DNA of 64,000 nucleotides, from NCBI RefSeq assembly GCF_058153355.1, contig NZ_CM177019.1. One strand, written 5' to 3'. Every line of letters begins with the position of its first letter. Positions within the stretch are counted from its first letter, which is position 1. Positions 36,403 to 48,840 of this stretch are shown here, piece after piece. A program made the translations under genes and the position numbers. Under the pieces are notes generated by a model, which ran no database searches, was not told the DNA's origin, and worked only from the letters and a program-made list of their open reading frames with translations.

Positions 36403-36460
36403 GCCCGAGGTAATCTGAAAAAGGTGCAAAAGATTGCACCTTTTTCAGATTACCTCGGGC
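36403..36460. terminator. 58-nt perfect palindrome between convergent yjcF and yjcE; likely bidirectional terminator
   Basis: GCCCGAGGTAATCTGAAAAAGGTGCAA-AAGA-TTGCACCTTTTTCAGATTACCTCGGGC: 27-bp arms with no mismatch, 20 nt from the yjcE stop. Confidence 0.6.
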
Positions 36461-36480
36461 CTGGTTACGTCGCTTTCGGC

Positions 36481-38130
36481 TTACTGATTTTCCTCAATCA
36501 ACAACGCTTCAAGCAAATCGAGATCGTGCAATAATTTTTGCAGCGTTTCGTTACTGATCTCCCGCGTGGCGCGCAGGTGGTAAAGTTCAGCTCGTTCAGA
36601 ACGCAATGCTGCCAGACGGAAGCGACGCTCCAGATTCTCTTCCTGCACGGAACTTTCAACGTCGTTACGTCCATCGGCGCGACGACGCAGGTTACCAATG
36701 ACGCGAGAACTGACCTCCGTGAGCAGCTGGTTATCGATATTCTCTTCGGTATCCGCCGCCAGACGCTCCTCCATTTTCTGGATTGCCACAATCGCCACTT
36801 CTGCCGTTGCCGCTCGCGCAATACGCTCCTCTTTCAACTGCTGCGAATGGTCTGCGACTTCAATGTGTTGCAGCAGAATGGGCAACATCACCACGCCGAC
36901 AAACAGCGAGAAGAGAATGACGCCAGCCGCCAGGAACACCAACTCATAGCGCGCCGGGAAGACGTTGCCATCCGGCAAGAGCAGCGGGATAGAGAGCACA
37001 CCGGCTAGTGTGATCGCCCCACGCACCCCGGCAAAAGACGCAATCAGGATTTCTCGTGTGGTCCACGAACCAAACTCCATCGGCTTCTTCTTCAGAAAAC
37101 GGTTGCTGAACTTTTTCATCGTCCACAGCCAGCCAAAACGGACCAGCATCAGCGCCGCATAAATCAGAATGATATCGGTAAACAGCATCCAGATTTCGAC
37201 GTTAGGGTCGATTTCTGCCGCCATCAGCGACGTCTCCAGAATACCCGGCAACTGCAGACCTAACAGCAGGAATACCATGCCGTTGAAGACAAATTCCAGC
37301 ATCGCCCAGGTGCTGTTTGCGCGCAGGCGCATCGCCAGCGGCGCACGGCGCATTACACCGGAGCGGGTGATGGTCATCCCAGCGGCAACCGCAGCAAGAA
37401 TACCGGAAACGCCAATATGTTCGGCAATCAGATAAGAAGCGAATGGCAGCAGGAACAGCAGTACAATCTGCGTCGCGGGTTCATCACCGCCCCAGCGGCT
37501 GAGGAATCGCAGCGAACGACCATACAGCCAGCTCACCACAAAACCGGCGAGAATACCGCCAATGGCCACTTTCATAAATTCCACCGTTGCACCGCCGACG
37601 GTGAAGATCATCGTCCCCATCGCCACTGCCACAGCAAACTTTAATGACACCAGGCCGGAGGCGTCATTCATCAACGCTTCGCCCTGCAAAATACCCATGA
37701 TTTTTTTCGGGATGCGCCCTTCGCCAACAATACCGGAAAGCGCCACAGCATCGGTCGGAGAAAGCACCGCCGCCAGCGCAAAGGCGGGAATCAGCGGAAT
37801 GCCCGGCACCACCCAGTAAATAAGGAAGCCAATGCCAACCACGGTGACCACCACCAGCGCCAGCGCGAGGCCGAAAATCTCCCGACCATGTTCGAGAAAT
37901 TCACGGGTCGGCGTTTTCCAGCCATCTGCGAACAGCAACGGCGGGATAAACAAGACTAAAAAGAGTTCAGGATCAAACTCCACATGCAAACCAAACGTCG
38001 GCCACGCCAGTAGCGCACCGATGGCGATTTGCATAAGCGGAAGCGGGATCTGAAAGGGCATGACACGAGTGACCACCCCGGACAGCGAGACCACGAGGGT
38101 CATTATCAGTATGGTGAAGAAGATTTCCAT
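36481..38130 (-). CDS. yjcE: CPA1-family Na+(K+)/H+ exchanger YjcE
   Basis: 549-aa ORF with hydrophobic N-terminal transporter domain and charged coiled-coil-like C-terminal tail. Confidence 0.88.
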   Translation of the reverse strand: MEIFFTILIMTLVVSLSGVVTRVMPFQIPLPLMQIAIGALLAWPTFGLHVEFDPELFLVLFIPPLLFADGWKTPTREFLEHGREIFGLALALVVVTVVGIGFLIYWVVPGIPLIPAFALAAVLSPTDAVALSGIVGEGRIPKKIMGILQGEALMNDASGLVSLKFAVAVAMGTMIFTVGGATVEFMKVAIGGILAGFVVSWLYGRSLRFLSRWGGDEPATQIVLLFLLPFASYLIAEHIGVSGILAAVAAGMTITRSGVMRRAPLAMRLRANSTWAMLEFVFNGMVFLLLGLQLPGILETSLMAAEIDPNVEIWMLFTDIILIYAALMLVRFGWLWTMKKFSNRFLKKKPMEFGSWTTREILIASFAGVRGAITLAGVLSIPLLLPDGNVFPARYELVFLAAGVILFSLFVGVVMLPILLQHIEVADHSQQLKEERIARAATAEVAIVAIQKMEERLAADTEENIDNQLLTEVSSRVIGNLRRRADGRNDVESSVQEENLERRFRLAALRSERAELYHLRATREISNETLQKLLHDLDLLEALLIEENQ

Positions 38131-38281
38131 GCGTTCCCTGTTTGCGATGTTTTTTTATGATCTGAGAAAGGCGTTATGCCTGAATTCTCATTTTTTCAGA
38201 ATATCGCAAAAGCTCACACAATGTGCGGAGAAAATAAAAACGGGCAGCCATTGCCACCCGTTTTCAGAATCTTATTAAAGC

Positions 38282-39631
38282 TTAGATAGCCCAGCCGCCC
38301 GCATAGAAGGTCACCAGCGCCACGGCAATGACGACCGTACCGATGTTCAACTTGCGCCATTCTCCGGAAACCAGACGACCAATCACCAGAGTCGCGAAGC
38401 CGATCATAATACCCGTTACGATGTTACAGGTCAGTACGATGAATACTGCTGTTACCAGACCCGCCATCGCATCAACAAAATCAGCAAAGTCAATTTTCGC
38501 CACATTACTCAGCATCAGCAGGCCAACGTACATCAGCGCCGGAGCCGTTGCGTAACCCGGAACGAGGTAAGAGAGTGGAGAGAGGAACAGAATCAGCAGG
38601 AACAACACGCCAACGGTGATAGCCGTCAGACCGGTTTTTCCGCCCGCCGCTGTACCCGCCGCAGACTCGATGTATACCGCTGCCGGAGCTGCCCCCACCA
38701 GACCAGAGAAAACACTGCTCATGGAGTCGGTGGTCAGTGCTTTCCCGCCGTCGATAATTTGCCCGTCTTTATCCAGCAGGTTTGCCTGGCCCGCGACGGC
38801 CCGGATGGTTCCGGTGGCATCGAAAACAGCAGTCATCACCAGTGCCAGCACGCTCGGCAGAACCACAGGGTTCAGCGCGCCCATAATGTCCAGGCTGCCA
38901 ATCAGTGAATTGCCGTTTTCATCGCTCAATGAAGGCATGGCGAAAACGCCAGAGAAGTGGACGTTAGGATCGAAGATCAAACCGACAATTGAGATACCGA
39001 TAATGGTCAGCAGAATGCCACCGGGGACTTTCAGTTTTTCCAGGCCGATGATCACAGCCAGACCTACCAGTGACATAATCACCGGGAAGGTCGCGAAATC
39101 ACCCAGCGCAACAGGCAGACCATCAAGCGGGTTTTTAATCACCAGACCGACACCATTAGCAGCAATCAGCAGCAGGAACAGACCGATACCGATCCCCGTG
39201 CCGTGCGCCACACCGTGCGGCAAGTTGCGCAAAATCCAGCTACGAATACCCGTGGCAGAAATTACCGTAAACAGTACACCCATCAGGAACACGGCACCCA
39301 GCGCGACAGGTACGCTAATATGTTGCCCCAGCACCAGACTGAATGCGGTAAACGCCGTCAGGGAGATGGCGCAACCAATCGCCAACGGCAGATTAGCCCA
39401 CAGACCCATCACGATAGAACCGAGTCCGGCAACCAGACAGGTCGCAACGAAAACTGCCGCAGGCGGGAAGCCTGCTTTACCCAACATGCCTGGAACGACG
39501 ATAACCGAGTAGACCATCGCCAGAAATGTTGTTAACCCGGCAACCACTTCCTGACGGACAGAGCTTCCACGTTGTGAAATTTTAAACCAGGCGTCGAGTG
39601 AACCGCCGGTACGCGCTGATGGCGTAGACAT
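38282..39631 (-). CDS. ghxP: NCS2-family guanine/hypoxanthine permease GhxP (YjcD)
   Basis: 449-aa polytopic membrane ORF recognised as YjcD/GhxP. Confidence 0.88.
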   Translation of the reverse strand: MSTPSARTGGSLDAWFKISQRGSSVRQEVVAGLTTFLAMVYSVIVVPGMLGKAGFPPAAVFVATCLVAGLGSIVMGLWANLPLAIGCAISLTAFTAFSLVLGQHISVPVALGAVFLMGVLFTVISATGIRSWILRNLPHGVAHGTGIGIGLFLLLIAANGVGLVIKNPLDGLPVALGDFATFPVIMSLVGLAVIIGLEKLKVPGGILLTIIGISIVGLIFDPNVHFSGVFAMPSLSDENGNSLIGSLDIMGALNPVVLPSVLALVMTAVFDATGTIRAVAGQANLLDKDGQIIDGGKALTTDSMSSVFSGLVGAAPAAVYIESAAGTAAGGKTGLTAITVGVLFLLILFLSPLSYLVPGYATAPALMYVGLLMLSNVAKIDFADFVDAMAGLVTAVFIVLTCNIVTGIMIGFATLVIGRLVSGEWRKLNIGTVVIAVALVTFYAGGWAI

Positions 39632-40044
39632 AAGAAAACATCCCCTGAGAGTTTAATTTTCGTCAAGATGCGTGGCGGACATTCCCCTGCCAGCGAAACG
39701 TTATCTTCCTGTTCCAGGTTTGCGACAATTTGGTGCGTCGCAAAAAAGCAAACGTTTAGCTCCGCGCATACAAAACGGGTGGTAAAAAAAAGCAAACGAT
39801 TATCCGGCGATCATAGCGGCTTTTTCAACCGAAGTTTGCTGCTTTTTTCTCTTTTATGGTCTTGACGATGAAAAACCAGGCAATTGATGCGCAAACGTTA
39901 TCGTCGATGCGCAAGATTGCAGCGTTATCGAGCCGCATACCGTTCAGGATTGCGATAAAAAATCGTCTGAGATGACAAAAATATTGCGGCTAAAAAGCGT
40001 CCTTTTACACTGGCGAAGAAACGCCGGTGACATACAATTAAAGC

Positions 40045-40186
40045 ATCAACACCAACCGGAACCTCCACCACGTGCTCGAATGAGGTGTGTTGACGTCGGG
40101 GGAAACCCTCCTGTGTACCAGCGGGATAGAGAGAAAGACAAAGACCGGAAAACAAACTAAAGCGCCCTTGTGGCGCTTTAGTTTTG
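40045..40186 (+). ncRNA. ryjA: Small RNA RyjA (SraL), converging on the soxR 3' end
   Basis: Known K-12 sRNA location between ghxP and soxR on the strand opposite soxR; a TACAAT -10-like element near 40033-40038; ends at a hairpin TAAAGCGCC-CTTGT-GGCGCTTTA plus GTTTTGTT that overlaps the soxR stop. 5' end is approximate. Confidence 0.45.
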
Positions 40187-40642
40187 TTCATCTTCCAGCA
40201 AGCGTGCGCCTGTGCCTTCTTCTCCTAAGCAGTCGCCCGGGTTACGCAATGGGCAATCACTGCGCGAAAGGCAGCCGCAACCAATACATCCGTCCAGTTC
40301 GTCACGCAGTGCCACTAAGGTATGAATACGCCGATCCAACTCTTCTCGCCATTGGGACGAAAGCTGTTTCCACTCTTTCGCACTTAATGTATGCCCTTCG
40401 GGCAACACGCCAAACGCTTCACGAATGGTCGCCAGCGGAATGCCAATACGCTGAGCAATTTTGATGATTGCGACATATCGCAACACATCACGCTTATATC
40501 GCCGCTGATTACCGCTGTTACGAATACTGGTAATCAACCCTTTGCTTTCATAGAAATGCAGCGCCGATACCGCCACACCGCTGCGTTTTGCCACTTCGCC
40601 GGGGGTTAGCAGCGCTTTAATGCGGGGTAATTTCTTTTCCAT
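40178..40642 (-). CDS. soxR: Redox-sensing MerR-family regulator SoxR ([2Fe-2S])
   Basis: 154-aa ORF with C-terminal [12 protein letters not shown] iron-sulfur cluster motif. Confidence 0.95.
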   Translation of the reverse strand: MEKKLPRIKALLTPGEVAKRSGVAVSALHFYESKGLITSIRNSGNQRRYKRDVLRYVAIIKIAQRIGIPLATIREAFGVLPEGHTLSAKEWKQLSSQWREELDRRIHTLVALRDELDGCIGCGCLSRSDCPLRNPGDCLGEEGTGARLLEDEQN

Positions 40643-40653
40643 AAATCGCTTTA

Positions 40654-40671
40654 CCTCAAGTTAACTTGAGG
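40654..40671. promoter_or_regulatory. SoxR operator in the soxS promoter
   Basis: Perfect 18-bp palindrome CCTCAAGTTAACTTGAGG in the 85-bp divergent soxR-soxS intergenic region. Confidence 0.85.
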
Positions 40672-40727
40672 AATTATACTCCCCAACAGATGAATTAACG
40701 AACTGAACACTGAAAAGAGGCAGATTT

Positions 40728-41051
40728 ATGTCCCATCAGAAAATTATTCAGGATCTTATCGCATGGATTGACGAGCATATTGACCAGCCGCTTAACATTG
40801 ATGTCGTCGCAAAAAAATCAGGCTATTCAAAGTGGTACTTACAGCGGATGTTCCGCACGGTGACGCATCAGACACTTGGTGATTACATTCGCCAACGCCG
40901 CCTGTTACTGGCCGCCGTTGAGTTGCGCACCACCGAGCGTCCGATTTTTGATATCGCAATGGACCTTGGTTATGTCTCGCAGCAGACTTTTTCCCGCGTT
41001 TTCCGTCGGCAGTTTGATCGCACTCCCAGCGATTATCGCCACCGCCTGTAG
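40728..41051 (+). CDS. soxS: AraC/XylS-family superoxide-response activator SoxS
   Basis: 107-aa ORF divergent from soxR; recognised SoxS sequence. Confidence 0.95.
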   Translation: MSHQKIIQDLIAWIDEHIDQPLNIDVVAKKSGYSKWYLQRMFRTVTHQTLGDYIRQRRLLLAAVELRTTERPIFDIAMDLGYVSQQTFSRVFRRQFDRTPSDYRHRL

Positions 41052-41053
41052 TT

Positions 41054-42640
41054 TTATTGCCCGCGCGTTAACTCCTGCGCGGGTGATTGCTCCATCCATT
41101 GCATGAACACCTGCGGTGGCATCGCCTTAGCAAAGAACCATCCCTGGCAATAGCGCACGCCGCGTTTACGCAACCAGTTAACCTGATCCTCAGTTTCTAC
41201 CCCTTCTGCAATCGTTTTCAGCCCCAGGCTGTGCGCCAGCTCGATGATGTGTTCCGCAATCAAATGACTGGTTTTATGGGTGGTCAGCGTCTCAACAAAC
41301 GATTTATCGATTTTCAAAATATCGACATTCAATGATTTAAGGTTATGCAAGTTAGAGTAGCCAATACCAAAATCATCAATTGCCACTTCGTAACCAGCCT
41401 GGCGGAAAGCCAGAATAATTGGTGTCATTTTGTCGACATCAAGAAATGCATGTTCAGTCACTTCAAATTTAATTTGCTGTGGACGCACCGCGTATTGCTC
41501 TGTTTTCTGATTGGTTCGCGCTATCAACCGGGACGTATGAAAATCGGAGGCCGACAGGTTAATAGAAACATAGCGATCGGCATGTGTTGCCAGGTACGCG
41601 CCCAGATCGCGGAAGACATTATCAATAACATAATCAGTTACCTGTCCGATCATCCCCTCCTTTTCTGCCAGCGGAATAAACTCTGCCGGATTCATTACTT
41701 GCCCCTGCTCACCAGGCCAACGTAACAATGCTTCAGCGCCGATACATTTTTCTGTTTTGATATCGATTATTGGCTGGTAATAAAGGCAAAGTTGATGTTT
41801 TTCGAGGGCGCGTTGCAATTTGCGTTTGGGAGACAAATAGTTTTGTCGAATACGTAGCCAGAGTAATAACAGAACAAGACTCCCCAAAATGCCGGCGGGT
41901 AACGCAAAAATAAGATGATTATAAAAATGCGCTATAAGACGTTGATATGAAGTCGCAACAATGGCTGCAATTGGGCGTTTTGTCGAATAAACTGTCGCAT
42001 ATAAATAGCCATTTCTTTGTACGGTTAAATCATTCAAATGAATCAGTGGAGAAAACGTTGCTGCCGAGGCCTCGTTGCTTAACGAGAAAAAGGTTTTCGT
42101 TACCGTATCATACACACCCCATTGCAATGTCGGATCATCAGACATCACTTCACTCCAGAATAGAGGGTTGATGACCGCCACATAATTTCCCCGCTGCATA
42201 TAGGTCATTTTATAGCCAGAGAAAAAAGGCGTATCGCGGTAATAATAGATAGAAACGTTAGGTGCACGCTTATAATCGGCCGGTGCAATCGTATAACCGT
42301 TTACAGGCGCTATCAGCGATGAGCATAAAAAATGGTTATCACGGGCATAGATCAATTCATTAATATAAAGATAGCCACGAATAATATTCAACATTCGCTT
42401 TTGATGGGCCGGAGTGCAAACTTGCCCCTGATAGCGTTCTGCTGCATCGCTCACTAAATCTGCCTGGCGAATGACCAGCTCGGATTTATCCAGCGCCAGC
42501 TGAGCAAAAGTTTGGAGCTGACTATTCACTTCTGATTTTGCCCAAAGGAAAGCAATCCATAGCGACAGAATGATGGGAAAGAGAACTAAAAAGATAATGC
42601 CCGGCAACGCCAGTAATTGGTGTCGTGCATGATGACTCAT
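41054..42640 (-). CDS. pdeC: c-di-GMP phosphodiesterase PdeC (YjcC), membrane-anchored EAL domain
   Basis: Two TM segments flanking a periplasmic region, then an EAL domain ([19 protein letters not shown]); track ORF trimmed by 3 codons to MSHHARHQ…. Confidence 0.85.
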
Positions 42641-43069
42641 TGCTATCAATTTCCTGCCTGTTTATACCCGGTCATTGCAAGGCGAGAACCCTGGTTATCG
42701 ACGTCTTTAGATAAATCTTACGGTATAAATAGCACTTTTGCCTGATTTGAAATTGATACCTTTTTAATCGTCACCTGAATAAAAATAATTCATTGATATT
42801 CAAAATTAATTTCCTACAGGAATGCAGAGGCGGCGGGAAGATATGCCCTTAATGCCGCTGAAAAAACACATAATCTGTACGGCAATAAAAGTCACGGCCT
42901 AATCTGGCTAACAAACAATCAATTGTGATATAGTTCACAAAATTAATGAAACAAACAGAGTGTTTCTTTTTTGTGTTCTGCAAGCCCCGCGATAGCCAGA
43001 TTGTATCACGCCTCCCGTGAACAACGCCGCGCTGTCCAGGGCATCGGCTCTTTTCAGAGGAATTGTTTG

Positions 43070-43351
43070 ATGGCTACCCTCACCACTGGCGTGGTTCTTC
43101 TTCGCTGGCAACTTCTTAGTGCCGTAATGATGTTTCTGGCCAGCACGCTCAACATCCGTTTTCGTCGGTCTGATTATGTCGGGCTTGCAGTGATCAGCAG
43201 CGGTCTGGGCGTGGTTTCCGCCTGTTGGTTCGCAATGGGGTTGCTTGGCATCACAATGGCGGACATCACCGCCATCTGGCACAACATCGAGTCGGTGATG
43301 ATAGAAGAGATGAATCAGACACCGCCACAATGGCCAATGATTTTGACTTGA
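43070..43351 (+). CDS. yjcB: Small inner-membrane protein YjcB
   Basis: Track ORF 42971-43351 trimmed to MATLTTGVVLL… (93 aa); three hydrophobic segments; followed by a terminator. Confidence 0.7.
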   Translation: MATLTTGVVLLRWQLLSAVMMFLASTLNIRFRRSDYVGLAVISSGLGVVSACWFAMGLLGITMADITAIWHNIESVMIEEMNQTPPQWPMILT

Positions 43352-43357
43352 TATGTA

Positions 43358-43387
43358 GAAGCCTCCATAACGGAGGCTTCTTTTTTT
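43358..43387. terminator. Rho-independent terminator between yjcB and ssb
   Basis: GAAGCCTCC-ATAAC-GGAGGCTTC hairpin followed by TTTTTTT. Confidence 0.8.
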
Positions 43388-43450
43388 ATGGCTGGCAGAT
43401 GCTTTAATCATCCACCTTAAAACAATATAACCTATTGGTTTAATGACAAA

Positions 43451-43987
43451 TCAGAACGGAATGTCGTCATCAAAGTCCATCGGCGGCTCGTTAGACGGCG
43501 CTGCCGGAGCGGACTGCTGCGGGCGAGACTGCGCGCCGCCGCTGAACTGATTGCCGCCCTGCGGCTGCTGAGGCTGACCCCAACCGCCCTGCGGCTGACC
43601 ACCACCGATATTGCCACCTGCAGGAGCGCCACCACCCTGACGACCACCCAGCATCTGCATGGTGCCGCCAACGTTCACCACGACTTCTGTGGTGTAGCGA
43701 TCCTGACCGGATTGATCGGTCCATTTGCGGGTACGCAGCTGACCTTCGATATAAACCTGAGAACCTTTACGCAGATATTCGCTGGCTACTTCTGCCAGTT
43801 TGCCGAACAGCACAACGCGGTGCCATTCAGTCTGCTCTTTCATCTCGCCGGTCGCTTTATCACGCCAGGATTCGGAAGTAGCCAGCGTAATGTTGGCAAC
43901 TGCGCCACCATTTGGCATGTAGCGTACTTCCGGGTCCTGACCCAGATTACCAACGAGAATAACCTTGTTTACGCCTCTGCTGGCCAT
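43451..43987 (-). CDS. ssb: Single-stranded DNA-binding protein SSB
   Basis: 178-aa ORF: OB-fold N-terminus, Gly/Gln/Pro-rich linker, acidic C-terminal tail DFDDDIPF. Confidence 0.97.
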   Translation of the reverse strand: MASRGVNKVILVGNLGQDPEVRYMPNGGAVANITLATSESWRDKATGEMKEQTEWHRVVLFGKLAEVASEYLRKGSQVYIEGQLRTRKWTDQSGQDRYTTEVVVNVGGTMQMLGGRQGGGAPAGGNIGGGQPQGGWGQPQQPQGGNQFSGGAQSRPQQSAPAAPSNEPPMDFDDDIPF

Positions 43988-44140
43988 GTTCGTGTCTCCT
44001 GAAAAAAAATCGTTCTGAATAAGTGTAAACGCGCGATTGTACCATTACCAATAGCGCTTTTACTATGTTGTGACCTCGGTTCAGGGAAACAAACCTGGCC
44101 AGACATTGTTACACAACACTCCGGGTAATGCATTCCAATA

Positions 44141-44156
44141 CTGTATATTCATTCAG
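44141..44156. promoter_or_regulatory. LexA (SOS) box in the divergent ssb-uvrA promoter region
   Basis: CTGTATATTCATTCAG matches the CTGT-N8-ACAG SOS box, about 85 nt upstream of the uvrA ATG. Confidence 0.8.
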
Positions 44157-44241
44157 GTCAATTTGTGTCATAATTAACCGTTTGTGATCGCCGGTAGCAC
44201 CATGCCACCGGGCAAAAAAGCGTTTAATCCGGGAAAGGTGA

Positions 44242-47064
44242 ATGGATAAGATCGAAGTTCGGGGCGCCCGCACCCATAATCTCAAAAACATCAACCTCGT
44301 TATCCCCCGCGACAAGCTCATTGTCGTGACCGGGCTTTCGGGTTCTGGCAAATCCTCGCTCGCTTTCGACACCTTATATGCCGAAGGGCAGCGCCGTTAC
44401 GTTGAATCCCTTTCCGCCTACGCGCGGCAGTTTCTGTCACTGATGGAAAAGCCGGACGTCGATCATATTGAGGGGCTTTCTCCTGCCATCTCGATTGAGC
44501 AGAAATCGACGTCTCATAACCCGCGTTCTACGGTGGGGACAATCACCGAAATCCACGACTATTTGCGTTTGTTGTTCGCCCGCGTCGGTGAGCCGCGCTG
44601 CCCGGACCACGATGTACCGCTGGCGGCGCAAACCGTCAGCCAGATGGTGGATAACGTGCTGTCGCAGCCGGAAGGTAAACGCCTGATGCTGCTCGCGCCA
44701 ATCATTAAAGAGCGCAAAGGCGAACACACCAAAACGCTGGAAAATCTGGCAAGCCAGGGTTACATCCGTGCTCGTATTGATGGCGAAGTCTGCGATCTTT
44801 CCGATCCGCCGAAACTGGAATTGCAAAAGAAACACACCATTGAAGTGGTGGTTGATCGCTTCAAGGTGCGTGACGATCTTACCCAACGTCTTGCCGAGTC
44901 GTTTGAAACCGCGCTGGAGCTTTCCGGTGGTACAGCGGTGGTTGCTGATATGGACGATCCAAAAGCGGAAGAGCTGCTTTTCTCAGCGAACTTCGCTTGT
45001 CCAATTTGCGGCTACAGTATGCGTGAACTGGAGCCGCGACTGTTTTCGTTTAACAACCCGGCGGGGGCCTGCCCGACCTGTGACGGCCTTGGCGTACAGC
45101 AATATTTCGATCCTGATCGCGTGATCCAAAACCCGGAACTGTCGCTGGCTGGCGGTGCGATCCGAGGCTGGGATCGCCGCAACTTCTATTATTTCCAGAT
45201 GCTGAAATCGCTGGCAGATCACTATAAGTTCGACGTCGAAGCGCCGTGGGGCAGCCTGAGCGCGAACGTGCATAAAGTGGTGCTGTACGGTTCAGGCAAA
45301 GAAAACATTGAATTCAAATACATGAACGATCGCGGCGATACCTCCATTCGTCGTCATCCGTTCGAAGGCGTGCTGCACAATATGGAGCGCCGTTATAAAG
45401 AGACGGAATCCAGTGCGGTACGCGAAGAATTAGCCAAGTTTATCAGCAATCGCCCGTGCGCCAGCTGCGAAGGAACGCGTCTGCGTCGGGAAGCGCGCCA
45501 TGTGTATGTCGAGAATACGCCGCTGCCTGCTATCTCCGACATGAGCATCGGTCATGCGATGGAATTCTTCAACAATCTCAAACTCGCAGGTCAACGAGCG
45601 AAGATTGCGGAAAAAATTCTTAAGGAGATTGGCGATCGCCTGAAATTCCTCGTTAACGTCGGCCTGAATTACCTGACACTTTCCCGCTCGGCAGAAACGC
45701 TTTCTGGCGGTGAAGCCCAGCGTATCCGTCTGGCGAGCCAGATTGGTGCGGGCCTGGTTGGCGTGATGTACGTGCTGGATGAGCCGTCTATCGGCCTGCA
45801 CCAGCGCGATAACGAGCGTCTGTTGGGTACGCTTATCCATCTGCGCGATCTTGGTAATACCGTGATTGTGGTGGAGCACGACGAAGACGCGATTCGTGCG
45901 GCTGACCATGTGATCGACATCGGTCCTGGTGCGGGTGTACATGGCGGTGAAGTGGTCGCGGAAGGTCCCCTGGAAGCGATTATGGCGGTGCCTGAGTCGT
46001 TAACCGGGCAGTACATGAGCGGCAAACGCAAGATTGAAGTGCCAAAGAAACGCGTTCCGGCGAATCCGGAAAAAGTGCTGAAGCTGACCGGCGCACGTGG
46101 CAACAACCTCAAAGACGTGACGCTGACGCTGCCGGTGGGTCTGTTTACCTGCATCACAGGGGTTTCAGGTTCCGGTAAATCGACGCTGATTAACGACACA
46201 CTGTTCCCGATTGCCCAACGCCAGTTGAATGGTGCGACCATCGCCGAACCGGCACCTTATCGCGATATTCAGGGGCTGGAGCATTTCGATAAAGTGATCG
46301 ATATCGACCAAAGCCCAATTGGTCGTACTCCGCGTTCTAACCCGGCGACCTATACCGGCGTGTTTACGCCTGTGCGCGAACTGTTTGCGGGCGTACCGGA
46401 ATCCCGTGCGCGCGGTTATACACCAGGACGATTCAGCTTTAACGTTCGCGGCGGACGCTGCGAAGCCTGTCAGGGCGATGGCGTGATCAAAGTGGAGATG
46501 CACTTCCTGCCGGACATTTACGTACCGTGCGACCAGTGCAAAGGTAAACGCTATAACCGTGAAACGCTGGAGATTAAGTACAAAGGCAAAACCATCCACG
46601 AAGTGCTGGATATGACCATCGAAGAGGCGCGTGAGTTCTTTGATGCGGTACCAGCTCTGGCACGTAAGCTGCAAACATTGATGGACGTTGGCCTGACGTA
46701 CATTCGCCTGGGGCAGTCCGCAACCACACTTTCTGGTGGTGAAGCCCAGCGCGTGAAGCTGGCGCGTGAGCTGTCAAAACGCGGCACCGGGCAGACACTG
46801 TATATTCTCGACGAGCCGACCACCGGTCTGCACTTCGCCGATATTCAGCAACTGCTCGACGTATTGCATAAACTGCGCGATCAGGGCAATACCATCGTGG
46901 TGATTGAGCACAATCTCGACGTGATCAAAACCGCTGACTGGATTGTCGACCTGGGGCCGGAAGGCGGCAGTGGCGGCGGCGAGATCCTCGTCTCCGGTAC
47001 ACCAGAAACCGTCGCGGAGTGCGAAGCTTCGCATACGGCGCGCTTCCTCAAGCCGATGCTGTAA
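44242..47064 (+). CDS. uvrA: Excinuclease ABC subunit UvrA
   Basis: 940-aa ORF with two ABC ATPase modules (GLSGSGKSS and GVSGSGKST Walker A; two LSGGEAQR signatures) and zinc-finger Cys clusters. Confidence 0.97.
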   Translation: MDKIEVRGARTHNLKNINLVIPRDKLIVVTGLSGSGKSSLAFDTLYAEGQRRYVESLSAYARQFLSLMEKPDVDHIEGLSPAISIEQKSTSHNPRSTVGTITEIHDYLRLLFARVGEPRCPDHDVPLAAQTVSQMVDNVLSQPEGKRLMLLAPIIKERKGEHTKTLENLASQGYIRARIDGEVCDLSDPPKLELQKKHTIEVVVDRFKVRDDLTQRLAESFETALELSGGTAVVADMDDPKAEELLFSANFACPICGYSMRELEPRLFSFNNPAGACPTCDGLGVQQYFDPDRVIQNPELSLAGGAIRGWDRRNFYYFQMLKSLADHYKFDVEAPWGSLSANVHKVVLYGSGKENIEFKYMNDRGDTSIRRHPFEGVLHNMERRYKETESSAVREELAKFISNRPCASCEGTRLRREARHVYVENTPLPAISDMSIGHAMEFFNNLKLAGQRAKIAEKILKEIGDRLKFLVNVGLNYLTLSRSAETLSGGEAQRIRLASQIGAGLVGVMYVLDEPSIGLHQRDNERLLGTLIHLRDLGNTVIVVEHDEDAIRAADHVIDIGPGAGVHGGEVVAEGPLEAIMAVPESLTGQYMSGKRKIEVPKKRVPANPEKVLKLTGARGNNLKDVTLTLPVGLFTCITGVSGSGKSTLINDTLFPIAQRQLNGATIAEPAPYRDIQGLEHFDKVIDIDQSPIGRTPRSNPATYTGVFTPVRELFAGVPESRARGYTPGRFSFNVRGGRCEACQGDGVIKVEMHFLPDIYVPCDQCKGKRYNRETLEIKYKGKTIHEVLDMTIEEAREFFDAVPALARKLQTLMDVGLTYIRLGQSATTLSGGEAQRVKLARELSKRGTGQTLYILDEPTTGLHFADIQQLLDVLHKLRDQGNTIVVIEHNLDVIKTADWIVDLGPEGGSGGGEILVSGTPETVAECEASHTARFLKPML

Positions 47065-47098
47065 TCGTTAAGGCCGCTTTCTGAGCGGCCTTTTTCTT

Positions 47099-47455
47099 TC
47101 AGAGTTGCACCAGCAATTTACGTTTTTCTTCCGGCAGTAAATTCACCGCCTGCTGATAAGACGCATCCACCAGATAATAGATTTGCGAATCTGGCAGCGA
47201 ACCGTCGAGATACACGGTGCTCCAGTGCGCTTTATTCAGATGGCGGCTTGGACGCACATCGCTGTGCTGCTGACGTAGCAGCTCCGCCAGCTCCGGGCTG
47301 GTTTTCAGCGAAACAGCTGGGCGATTTTCTACTTCTTTCACCATCGCAAACAGTACATCTTCCACTTTGATCTGCGTCGCTTTCCAGTCGTTATGCACGC
47401 TCTGTTCTGCGCCTGGTTTTGCCATGCAATATTGTAGCAACTCCGAAATGGTCAT
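47099..47455 (-). CDS. yjbR: Uncharacterised protein YjbR
   Basis: 118-aa ORF recognised as YjbR; co-oriented and adjacent to yjbQ. Confidence 0.8.
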   Translation of the reverse strand: MTISELLQYCMAKPGAEQSVHNDWKATQIKVEDVLFAMVKEVENRPAVSLKTSPELAELLRQQHSDVRPSRHLNKAHWSTVYLDGSLPDSQIYYLVDASYQQAVNLLPEEKRKLLVQL

Positions 47456-47458
47456 TTT

Positions 47459-47875
47459 TTACTCCCCTTGTAGTGTCGCGATGATGCGACGCGATCCGCC
47501 GTGGATGCGATGTTCCCCCAGCCAGATGCCTTGCCAGGTGCCGGTCTGAATACGCCCTTTATGCACCGGCAATACAAGCGATGTTCCCAACATTGAGGAT
47601 TTGATATGAGAAGGCATATCGTCGGCCCCCTCATAGTCATGCTCATAATTTCCGTTATCGGGAACGGTGCGGAGGAAAAAACGCTCCATGTCCTGGCGTA
47701 CGGTGGGATCGCAGTTCTCATTAAGTGTCAGAGAGGCGGAGGTATGTTGCAGCAACAGATGCAGTAAGCCGATGTTAACACGCGGCATATCAGCCAGCTG
47801 ATGCAGTATTTCATCCGTTACCAGATGAAATCCACGAGATTTGGCGCTAAGCGTGAGCGTCTTTTGATACCACAT
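47459..47875 (-). CDS. yjbQ: UPF0047-family protein YjbQ
   Basis: 138-aa ORF recognised as YjbQ. Confidence 0.8.
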   Translation of the reverse strand: MWYQKTLTLSAKSRGFHLVTDEILHQLADMPRVNIGLLHLLLQHTSASLTLNENCDPTVRQDMERFFLRTVPDNGNYEHDYEGADDMPSHIKSSMLGTSLVLPVHKGRIQTGTWQGIWLGEHRIHGGSRRIIATLQGE

Positions 47876-47985
47876 GTGCTGCTCCTTGATAAAACTCTCT
47901 TAATCAGTTTGCAGCAAGACAGCGAAAGGATAAAGGTGTGATTAAAAAAACAGCATTCGGGAGAGTGTCACGCTCTCCCGCTCTG

Positions 47986-48840
<855 letters not shown>

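Noticed and set aside
34844-36480. yjcF region as an IS element or prophage fragment because of its AT-richness
   Set aside because: No transposase or integrase ORF and no terminal inverted or direct repeats flank it; the only palindrome is a single terminator-like hairpin.
39925-40191. 88-aa minus-strand ORF in the ghxP-soxR intergenic region
   Set aside because: It overlaps the sRNA ryjA locus and the soxR terminator, has no RBS, and the region is better explained as non-coding.
42935-43411. 158-aa minus-strand ORF overlapping yjcB
   Set aside because: It is antisense to the membrane-protein ORF yjcB, which has the better start context and a terminator; the translation is low-complexity.
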